From: Antedon mediterranea
Lineage: Eukaryota; Animalia; Echinodermata
Direction of reading: 5' to 3'
Length of the DNA stretch: 64,000 nt
Assembly (NCBI RefSeq): GCF_964355755.1
Contig: NC_092673.1
Location: 28,517,648-28,581,647 of the forward strand
The position numbers and the translations under genes are program-made. Position 1 is the first letter of the stretch. The number at the start of each line of letters is the position of its first letter. Below the pieces are notes generated by a model, which was not told the DNA's origin, made no database searches, and was given only the letters and a program-made list of their open reading frames with translations. Shown piece after piece: positions 49,224-59,963 of this stretch.

Positions 49224-52200
49224 TCATAGGTTAGCTGGATTATAATTAGGATCAAGGTAGTTGTAATCCCATAATCCCATAGTAAATTTTGTGTAATCTT
49301 TGTCTTCAAATGTTCTATTTTGATTGGCTGGTTGGATAGGCTCCATCCGATGTGTTACAGTGTGTACATCTGTGGAATATTTACTGCAAAGATAAAAAAG
49401 TAAAAATTAATTTACCAATAATCAACTGAAATAATGTTTTAAATCACTAACTTATTTTAAGAATCTTCAATTGTTTAATCGTTGAATCTTACCTGTCAAT
49501 ACATATAGGGCAAAGGTCAACTGAGACATGTTGAGGGCAGTCTTTGCAATGCCATCTTGTTCCAGTGATTGGTTCAATACCACACTGGTCACACTTGAAA
49601 CCCAAATGCTCACCCTGGTCCTAAAACAGGGATTACGAAAATTACATTTTGTTAAATGAGTAAAATCTGAAAGTTAATAACTATTAAAACTGCACAATGA
49701 CCTATTTTTTAAAGTCTGTTTTTATTCAATTTCAATGTTTTTGGGGTTCTCCTACCCTTTCTTGCATTTCACTTTTAAGTCTTGTTAATCTCAGCAATTC
49801 CTGGTATTCCTCAGTGTCTTGTAATTCTGCTGGAATACTATCATCCTGAAAACAATAACAATAAATATATTATATTGAACTGAAATAAGTATTTGACTCG
49901 AATAAATATTTGTTTAAATAAAAATTGTGGAGTGAAGTTTTGTTACTATTTCATAGGCTAGGCAGTACTAAAAACAAGAGAAATCTGGGAAGACACTGAC
50001 TGCAATCTGGGTTGAAAGGCATGTCACATGGTAGCAGACATCACAGTATATCTATGAGGCTAGCAGGTAATCAAGATCGAGAAATCGAGAGGATCCTAAT
50101 TGTCAAGTTCTGTCTACACTATCAAACTAGTTTGACAAAGGAATGTGGTGTGCCCAAATATGGTACATGTCTATATATGGGCAGCACATCACATTTTTTG
50201 TCACATAAAGTTTGATAGTGTAGACAGATGTTCAAAGAGCTAATAAAAATTGATTTTTCTTTATTGTACAGCACCATTACAGACGTTAAGCTGATTTGGT
50301 AATACTGGTACTGTAAACAACAATAATTGTAGTTAGTCACGTAATTCTTACCAAAAGTGTTCGTTCATTGTCAAAACTATTATTTAATCTATTAAAATCA
50401 TCCTCTTCATCTGGCATGTAAACTGGTGGTTTGTAGGCCTGCATGAACGTTGAATTCTGGTGCAACAGAGGTCTAGTAAATTGATGCATTCGTCTGTTTG
50501 TCTTTTTATTCATATACATATTAAGGTTTGGCATTCTGCCAGGTACTGGTAATCCCGCCTTACTAAGTTTGATGAAGTACTTTTGTACACGGCTCGCAAC
50601 CTGTTATGTACAATAAAAATCCTATTACAGAATATACACATTTAAGATTTCAGGATAAAAATATAACATTTTAAGAAACACAGCAGTATTACTTCTAATC
50701 GATGTGGAGTGATTGTCTGAATTTAGAGATAAAGGTGTTTAGAGAAGAAAGGACTGCGGAATCATTGATAAATAATGGTAAAGAATTCCAAAGGAAATGG
50801 TTGGTGAACTGCAGTGTATTGGAGAGCAACTGTCCGTGCAAAGGGATGTCTGAAGGAGATATATTTGGTGTGGCGTGGATTAAATTATATTAAAATGTAA
50901 TTTCTGTTGCATATGCATATAAATCACAGTTGCAAGGCATAAAAGGTGAAAAGAAGTGTTCAACATACAACAGGTCAGAGATCACATGGTACAGTACATG
51001 GGTGTTATATCTCCATGGTATAGTAGGTGTCCATATATCAAGCAATTTGAATCTTGGAAAGAATGTTTATGTGACTTACTTGTTGAGGAGTTCTGTTTCC
51101 CAGAGCATTAGCAACTTTCTCCCATCGTCTAGCCTCCACATCCTCCTGTGGGTAGTTCACTAGACATTCTTCCAAACGTCTTTGCTCTTCCACCGTCCAC
51201 AGCTGATTAAATGTTTCACTTTTACTCATATCAATAGGGCGCCCTCTTATTAGATCTTCCTCCTAAAATATTAAAGTAGTAGTAGTAGTTTAGAAACAAT
51301 AAATGTATGAATTAATTGGGTATTAAATGAAAAATGATAGATATATTACCTTTTTAATTGATACAGTTGAGCTGAGCATAGAATCTTTACTGGTGGATGG
51401 GTTGTTAGTGTCAATTGAAACAGAAGCCGCTAAAGAATATGAAAAAGAACAAGCATCAGGCAACAAATACATTAAAGTAAAGAGACTAAACATATAAAAA
51501 ATGTGATGTGCCCATATATAGACATGATGATGTCATATCACTACCATATTTAAGCATATCACTACCATATTTGGGTACATCACACAAACTAGTTTGATAG
51601 TGTAGACAGAGCTTTAAAGTTATTATTGCTAGTTTACCTGATGATGATTTGGATGCTCTTGTGTTGCGTACGTCTGTTGAAAATTTTATGAGTTGCGTGC
51701 CTTCAAGCTTACTGATGTATTTTTCCCAGTTGATGTTTGGTATTGCAACGACTCGCTGAGCCACTGGTAGATTAATATCAACCTATCAGTAAATGTACAA
51801 ATACCATTAATAACTAGATTTGAACTCATCACTTTATCCACACAAACAACAACATGCACACGTACCATTAATAATATCTTATTCTGACAGTAATGTATGT
51901 ACAGTAGTAATTTTCCATCCACTAAAGTTACATTCACGAAAAGGACGATGATGCTGTGTTGTTAAACAATGGAAAGTCAATAATAAAGAATTGAACAGTG
52001 CCATCTACCTGTTCCGTGAACAGAACAAGTGTGAATGTACCTTAATCAAGAGAGGTTTATAAGCTAACACAATGATATCAAAATGTTCACCTTATTTTGT
52101 AGGTTCTTAACAAATTCTACAGGTTCGCACAATGCACTTTTTTGACATTCTGATAGTTTCTCCAGATTCTGTATTGCTTGCTGTCGCTGGGCTTCCAACG

Positions 52201-54075
52201 TCGCTAAAGTACGAAGTAACATTCGATAACTGTAAGGAAATATGGAAACATTTTAAATGCTTTTAAATAATGCAATTAATTTGGAACTTGCTTTATGGGT
52301 CCATTCAGAATTACCCGGGCAAGTTTGGTCCCACCAAAATTAGTGCTAACTATGCCTATAAAACTAATTTAAATAACTAAGTCTGAATGGTCCCTATAAT
52401 GTACAACTTTCCCAAATATGGTAGTGCTATGACATCACCATGGCCATATATGGGCACATAAAGTTTAATAGTGTAGACAGAGCTTAAGGGCTGTTTTGAG
52501 TAGAAGATTGTGATGATTATAATAAATAACAAAGATGAATTTTGTGTGTCTTTATTTTGTATATTTTGTGTGTAAAAAGGTAAGAATTTAAGCATACTCT
52601 TTGTTTCCCTTTAAAGCTGTATGATCAGATTCAAAATAAAATGGTTCATTTTCATCTGGTTCATCTTGGTACCATGGTAACCCTTCGTAACCAATCTCAT
52701 CTTCTTCAAAGACTTTTATATCACATGTCTCAGTATCTGCCTGTAAATTAATTTCTTGTTCACTATCAAAAACTTTCAACTCTTTATCATCACTCTCTAT
52801 GACTGCTTGTGATTGGACGTTTTCTGGTGCCTGAGTTGTTTGATTGGCTTCCTCACAATCCGGGTCCCTTCCTGATAGCCGTCTGCTTCTTCGTGAAAAT
52901 AGATGTTCTTTTGATTTGTTTGTTATAGAAGAATCTGAGGATGGAATGTTTTGTTTGGAATTGTGTGCTACATTGTCGTCATTTTGAGGGAGTTCATTCT
53001 CTGTCGTATTATTAAACTGTTTATTCAGATCTTTTGCTACATTTGATTTACACTGTTTTTTGCTTAGCGGCTCTAAGACCTTTGTTTCAAGTTCAACATC
53101 ATTACACTTTGTATCTGTTGTTGATCGTTTTCTGGGTGAAGTTCTCGTCGAAATAGCCGTAAGTATACCATCTGTTTTATTATTGATTGCTACATCATTT
53201 GTTTCCATTTCATCAATGTTGCTCTGCTCTGAGGTAATTACATTATCAGTTTGATCCAAATTTGCACTTTTTGTTGATGTTTTAGGTCGCCTAGGGCTAG
53301 TTCTTTGAGGTGATATAGGCTCAGATTTAATCTTATCTACATCCAACATACTTTTTTGCTGAATTTGTTTAACATGCTTTGGTGGCCGCCCTCTTTTTGG
53401 AATTCTTGCAACTTCATCAAGAGTAGAATTTTGAATTTTTGTTTGATCATTATCCACACTATTATTACTACTGTCTTTTGCATAGGTATGAAGTGTTCCA
53501 ACCGTTTTCTCAATCTGCGTTAATCTACTTGACCTTTGGCCTATATTTGCTGACTCCTTATTGGCCGATGAAAGAGTACCAACAACATCTGTTGAAATTG
53601 GGTCAGATTTGTTCTTTGAGTCCAAATTCGACTCTTTTTCAGGTTTTTTATGTACTTTAGATTCTGTTGTAGTTTCAGGCGATTGTTCAGTCTGACTGAA
53701 TACTCCGCTTGAACGAGTTCTTCTCCGCGAACCAGAGTTAGGGATACCCCCATCACAATCAGAGGATTTCTTTTCTTTTGTCGGTGTTTTATCCTCTCTT
53801 AAATTAACATCCCCATGAGAGGTTTTTCTTTCCTCTTTTTTACTAGGCGTTTTTTGGTTTGTTGATTTTCTATGATCTTGTCCATTATTTTGTTCACATT
53901 CTGAGACTTTTAATTTAGAAGATCTTCCTTTTAAATCTTCATCAACAGAGTCTACCAATTTCAAAACAGATCTTGTTCGCCCAGATTTTTCTTTTTTCTC
54001 TATACCACTTCCTCCATCATTTTCTGGTGCTTTTTGGCTGGTGCCCCTTCTTGTTCGAGGTTTTGAGGAACTCAT
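49224..54075 (-). CDS. ZZZ3: ZZ-type zinc finger-containing protein 3 (ATAC complex subunit; SANT/Myb + ZZ)
   Basis: Exons on the minus strand: 54075-52598, 52229-52091, 51782-51638, 51429-51350, 51262-51080, 50600-50352, 49845-49756, 49620-49493, 49383-49224. Motifs: [30 protein letters not shown]; [51 protein letters not shown]; [26 protein letters not shown]; C-terminus [14 protein letters not shown] 5'UTR intron lies at 54091-54402. Confidence 0.96.
50697..50900 (-). mobile_element. 3' fragment of a CR1/L2-type LINE ORF2 in a ZZZ3 intron
   Basis: The minus-strand frame [34 protein letters not shown] contains the WNSLP..SL..F C-terminal signature. Confidence 0.7.
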
Positions 54076-54402
54076 CGTAACAATTTTATTCTGAAAAATA
54101 TATGATGAAAATGTTGTTAATATGTTTAAAAAATGTCATCAACTGATTAGCTAAAAATAGCTTACAGTTCAATTGAACAGTTTAAGGCCACCATGAATTC
54201 TAGGCCTAGAAAACAATTAGGATTCCCAATAATTAGTCAGTCCGGCGAACCTCGCTCGCTCGCTTTGTGTACCGTTTATTCATAAACTGTTTCATCTGAA
54301 ACCCCGTGTAGCCTGGGCCTACACATTTGTTTCTATTTCTATAGCAAACTTTTTATCTATTTAGAATTGGAAACTATTTTAGATAACACTTTATATACTT
54401 AC

Positions 54403-54830
54403 GAATAATTTTATTAAATGTATGATATGGAATTTACGAAATCAAAGAAATTATGGGCAAATTTGCCCTCTCTGTTTTCTAAATTACGGGCGCTGCCATT
54501 TTGGTACAGGTCATTAGAAACGAGGGATGTGTAGGTCATGTGTAAAGTCTTTTTTAAACCATTTTCTTATTGTTGCAAAATATTAATAATCTGTGTGTAA
54601 ATAAATAAAAATGTGTTTGTAATATTGTATATAGTGTAATTTTATCTAACTTTAAAAAACATGAATAATTAAACAAAACTTGATTCATCCAAAATTGAAA
54701 ATGGATTATTCCAAAACTAAGCCTGAGAAAGGTCAGTCTGGGTTCGTGAAACAAAAAAACGTGACTGCATGTGGATTTCGGTTTCAACCATTTATGATTT
54801 AATCGTGCTTGTTTTTCAGAGGAAAGGTAT
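54403..54830. promoter_or_regulatory. Bidirectional promoter region and non-coding first exons of ZZZ3 (-) and SURF6 (+)
   Basis: The ZZZ3 5'UTR donor is at 54402 (minus) and a candidate SURF6 donor AAG|GTATCT is at 54826, only about 420 bp apart. There is a YY1-like GCCATTTT at about 54496 and local CpG enrichment. Confidence 0.7.
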
Positions 54831-55312
54831 CTGACAATACATTTAAAGTTTAATTGTGCAAGTTAAACTCGCATAGATATTGTAAGTTATTGTTTTATTA
54901 TTAAGTCGCGTGTAAATTATTGTTTTTTTTAATCTGAAAAATCCTAGGCAAGCTAACTAGAGAGAGGCCTGGAAATAGGCCTAACTAACGTACTACTACT
55001 ACACACTACTGTAGAGCCTAGCTAGGAAGTAGGCTAGCTAGCTATAGCCTATAGTATAATGACAGACATGAGACAGTGTCAGTAGTGATGACTAGGCAAT
55101 GCCATACGTTGTTCATGCAGCAGTAGATAAAGCATGACCTAGCAAGTTAGGAGTTATGTTGTACATGTCATGTGTACAAATATTTTGTTTGTTCGACCAT
55201 GAGATGGATGAATGGTTTATTATAAATATAAATATAATATCTGAGAAACTAAATAAATGTTTCAAGGAAATGAAAGAATATGAGACTTAATATAATTTTT
55301 TTTTATTTACAG

Positions 55313-58043
55313 ATGGAGGAGACGGACTTATTGAAGCGTCTTACTGATCGCAATCGATACTTTAATCAGATGGTTAATCTTATTCCAGCAAAGTTTTACT
55401 TCAGCAATGAGGACAAACAATATGGATTCTATGGCAAAGAAAGTTCAGGTAGTGTAGAGTATTTATTTAATAAAAGGGACGCTTTACGATAATAATTTTA
55501 TATAATTTGTATCAAACTTAGTACCGATAGCTATGCTGCACAAAGTTAAATAATAATAATAATATGGTTTGATTATTTCACACCGTTTATAAGATTCTTA
55601 TGTATAATATAATTTTAAGTTAGTTGTTAATTTTACTCATTTGTTCTTGAGAATGGTTCCGGAATGTCAATTTTTTTTGTCATTAAATTTTATTTTAAAT
55701 TGTTATTTATTACTGATTTATAGGAAAGGTTCCTAGTCACAAAATTCAGAAGTCAAAGAAAAAGAAACTTGATCCTGCTCAACACAAGAGTGTTACAAAG
55801 ATTCAAGAAGTACTCGCAGAAAAGGAAGAAACTGAGCGTGCTGAACAGGAAAGGACAAAAGACAACCCTGAAATCACTACACAAGTAGAAAATCTAGACA
55901 TTCATGATCATACAGGTTTGAGATATTATATTATTATGTTTATTTAGTTAATTTTATTAGTCAAAGATGTATTGTCCCCCAAAAACATGAAAAATGAATC
56001 AAAATCAGAATTTAAATATGCCATTTTTAATCACTTCTGCAAAAAACAAAAAAAAATAATAATTATTATTTCACTTATTTATAAAAGAAACGTTTAATTT
56101 TAACCAAAAACCATTGTCTGACAGACAATGTTTTGCTTTAAATTAAATTACAATTTTTTTCAGGAAAATAATTTTTTTTAAATGTAGTTATTGGTTAAAG
56201 TGAATAACTACAGTCGACTCCGCCTAAGTTGAATTCGCGTAAGTCAAAAAATCGCAAAAGTCAAATTTTTCGGAAAGTCCCAATTCTTTCCTATACGTTA
56301 TTGTGTAATTTTTATTTGTAAGTCAAATTTTTCCAAGTTGAAATTTGTCTAAGTCGACGTCTTTTTGCGGTCCGAATACACACATTCTTTAGTGATTTAT
56401 ATTGTATAAGTCGAAGTCACAAATTACGCGGCAACAACGCGCTAAAAAAGACGATGAAACGTACATAATTCAATAAACAAACGACAGAGGGGATAATGTG
56501 GGACCATATCGGTTCTCTCAAGCAGGTTATATAGTATAGGCGGCGTCCTACAACTCGCGCTAGTGTATAGTGTATGAGTTGTTTTTCAGAGTTGAAAACT
56601 TGAGCGGCGTTTTGTGGGTACCTATTTTGTGCTAGACAGATGGCAATAAACAATGGATACCGATTTCGAATAAGAACCGAAATGTATTTATTATACGTTT
56701 TTGTATTGTTTCGGGCTTAAACCATAAAAGAAAATACAGTTTATCATTGCCGATAAAGAGGCTTAGCATTTATTAGGCCTAGCTAGCTAGCTATTAAAGC
56801 AAACTCAATTCAAGAAGGCTCATCACGTGGGCCGCGATCGCAACAAGGCAGTGTCCACTAGGCCTAGCCATAGTGCGGCTAGTGAGTGAGCCTAGGCCTA
56901 GCATTTTTTTTTTGCAAATCAGTGAGTAAACCTTGGCCTAGGCCTAGCATTTTTTTTGCAAATCTGTAAGTCGAAGTTCGCGTAACTCAAATTTTTATAC
57001 CGGTCCCATTAGATTCGACTTAGGCGGAGTCGACTGTATATGACATTAAAATGGCATATTTAACAAAAAAAATGTTTAGGGGGACAATATACCTAATCCT
57101 GTTTTATAGTTAATTTAATCAATTGGCCCTTTGATCTGGCTAATGTTTATAATTAAATGACTACGTAGATAAAAATATTGATTTCATTTCATTCACATTA
57201 ATTTGAAGCAGTCCATACCTTCTTTCACAAAACAATGTAAGATATCCTGAGTATTAAATGTATTATCTTTATTTTTCAGATGAATTTAAGAAGAAAATTC
57301 CTACCAAACCAATCAGTGTTGAGAAAATCAATAGTTCCGAATCAATTGAAGAGTTGCGTGAAAAATTACACGTAAAAATTGCGCGTATGAAAAATAAACG
57401 TAATACGCTGGATAACACGAACAATGGTATACCTACAAAACTATTAAGAAAACTGTCGCAAGATCAGAAACAAGAAAGACTTGAGGCAATTAAAAAATCT
57501 AAAAAGGAGCTTAAAAAAGCAAGCGTGAATAAAAAGAGTAAGGGAGACGAAGCCGATAAGCCAACAGCACCCCCTGTTTTGAATAGCGAGGGCGAGGTTG
57601 TGTTTAGTAAATTTGAATTTACTAATTCAAGTGAAAAAAAGAAGAAATGGGTGAAGAAGAATCAACCAAGAAGTAATAGAGATTACACAAGGTTGTTAAT
57701 GAAGGCGGAAATGGACGCAAAAAAGATGAAAGAACTGAAAGAGACGGATCCAGAGAAAGCTAAACAAACGGCAGAGAGCCAGGCATGGAAGAAAGCGCTC
57801 CTGAAAGCCGAGGGAACTAAAGTAAAAGACGATCCTAATCTAATTAAACAAACAATGAAGAAACAAAAGAAAATAAAACAAAAGAGCGCAAAGCAATGGA
57901 ACGAAAGAATTGAACAACAAGAAAAAACAAAGAAAGATAAACAGGAGAAACGAACAAAAAATATTCAATCGAGAAAAGATCAAAAACAAAAGAAAAAGGT
58001 TAAACGCTTGCAGAAGAAGGGTAAACTACTTCCTGGCTTCTGA
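55313..58043 (+). CDS. SURF6: Surfeit locus protein 6 / Rrp14 nucleolar protein
   Basis: Exons 55313-55448, 55724-55915, 57280-58043 (phases 1, 1). Lys-rich, with VVFSKFEF, AWKKALLKAEGTKVKDDPNLIKQTMKK, SAKQWNER and the terminal KKGKLLPGF*. N-terminal FNQMVNLIPAKFY and KKLDP. AATAAA at 58158. Confidence 0.95.
56211..57036. mobile_element. Tc1/mariner (pogo/Tigger-like) non-autonomous element
   Basis: TA|CAGTCGACTCCGCCTAAGT..ACTTAGGCGGAGTCGACTG|TA with repeated TAAGTCRAA subterminal motifs. It is nested in an older element (tattgtccccc at about 55970 / gggggacaata at about 57080-57090). Confidence 0.9.
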
Positions 58044-59303
58044 TGACTTTTTAAACAATTTTTCAATTAATTTTTTTAAATCAGTCAATAATTGTCAAAT
58101 AGGTTTTGATATTGGACTGTTGTTATTAGGGTACATCACTACATTTTAATTTTGTGAAATAAATATATTTGTACAGATGCTACAACCGTAATCTAAGATA
58201 TTTTCTACTTGAATGGAAACCCTTAAATAATACTGTAAATATTTCTTTTTAACTGCCTTTGTTTTTTTTTAAACATACTGGGAAAGAAATTTAATAATTA
58301 TTAAGCTTTCTTTGCTTTAATATTCTAATAAAAAGAGATTAAACTGCTGTGAAAAAATGTTACCACACTAGTCCTGATGATCAACATGATAATATTTTGT
58401 GGGAACTTAGGACGATAAAGAATAACAAAGAATAATTTACACTTCTGGGAGTGGTTTTGTTTCTCATTGGTTGGTGTGTCATTCTTTGATCTTTCCATAT
58501 ATATATATTTATGTTTCATAGGGCTAGTACACAAAAGTATGTAACACTTGTAACTTAACTTTATCATGAGTCGTACATTATTTTAATTCATCTCCATTGT
58601 TGTACGAGTGCTATAACTTAACATGTTTACCTCAACAAGTAGTCATGTGATTACTATTTGAAGTATACAAATAGATTATATTAAAAACTATAATTACAAT
58701 ACAGTAATTGCTTACTTTGTGGTTTGGTTTGTGGTTTACTGTTTTTTTTTGGACCGTTTCCTTTTTTTAACTCAATCAATGGCGATCTTGGCGTGTCATA
58801 GTCTTCGTGTTACTGTGTGATGATTTGTGGATCTTTTTCGCGATCGGAGGATCATGTTGTTTTCATGTTAAAACGACATTTAATCAAAATGATCAGCTAA
58901 ATTAGCATTCCAAATAAATTAGGATAAACATGATTTCCTTTTCCGTTACTCTGGTATGCATTTTTAAAAAATATATTTAGTTTTTGCTTGAGTAATCCTG
59001 TTCTAGGCCTAGCCTGGAAACCTGAGAATTGTTTACCCTTTCTGAGTTTGTGTTTCCTGTCTACTGTTTGTCCTCAAGTCGTTTAGTCCTTGTTTATTTC
59101 CATATAGAATGTTTATGATTGATAATAATACCAGAAGTCTTATTTAAAACTTTATATATAATTCGTTTTTAAACAATTTATTACATAATTTTACCTGAGC
59201 CTCAAGTAAAATTAAGGCTAAGCATAGGCCTAGTTAGTAATAAAATAGTATTAGTAGGCCTAAACTGTTTTCTAGAAGCTAGGCCTAATTACATAACATG
59301 TAC

Positions 59304-59742
59304 CATGGAGGTAGGCTATACCAAAGAACTTATAGCACAAGAATATCCTGTTCTAAACACAGTATCGGAAGTACAGGGTTAAAAGGTCAAACTGGGCGAC
59401 GCCATTTCACAGCATGGAGCAGCGCCCCCTCCAAACTAGGAAGTCAATTACTCTACCTCCCCTAGAGTATTAGCAGAACCCCTCTATGATTTTGACTTTC
59501 TAATTTGATGCGGGCGCCCTACTCCTCAGTCAATTACTCTACCCCCCCCCCCTAGAGTATTAGCAGATCCCCTCTATGATTTTGACTTTCTAATTTGATG
59601 CGGGCGCCCTACTCCATGGCTCACAATGGCGCCACCCATAGCTCTATTCTATCCCACAATGCCTTTCGAAATTGTTACGCGCTTCGGACGAACAGGAGAT
59701 TCTTGTGTTATAAGTTCTTTGGCTATACCTCCTTGCTCCATG
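59304..59742. mobile_element. TIR element in FBXO38 intron 1 with an internal duplication of about 85 bp
   Basis: CATGGAG..ccaaagaacttatagcacaagaatatcctgttc is inverted with gaacaggagattcttgtgttataagttctttgg..CTCCATG. Direct repeats at 59443-59525 and 59529-59615. Confidence 0.75.
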
Positions 59743-59963
59743 CATATACTAACCCAGCCCAGAATCTACATCTGGCAGGGACTATTCTGTAAGAAGTGCA
59801 TAAGCGCTAACAATTTGTTGAAGCATGTCGTAGGACTACGTATTGAGTGGTTACAAACAAACTTTTTATTCAAAACACCGTCTCACCAGATGAATAACAT
59901 CACAATAATATATTATTTATATTTTGTAGGTAGTGGTTTTGTTTAAGTGGTAGAAGTTTGACA

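Noticed and set aside
49218-49226. Stop-codon readthrough at the ZZZ3 TGA-C
   Set aside because: A second TGA follows after one codon, so there is no meaningful extension.
3200-58385. Hammerhead ribozymes or C/D snoRNAs at CTGATGA/TGATGA words, and U12-type introns
   Set aside because: No accompanying stems, GAAA or terminal pairing could be found by eye, and all mapped introns are ordinary GT-AG. An Infernal/Rfam scan would be needed to exclude them fully.
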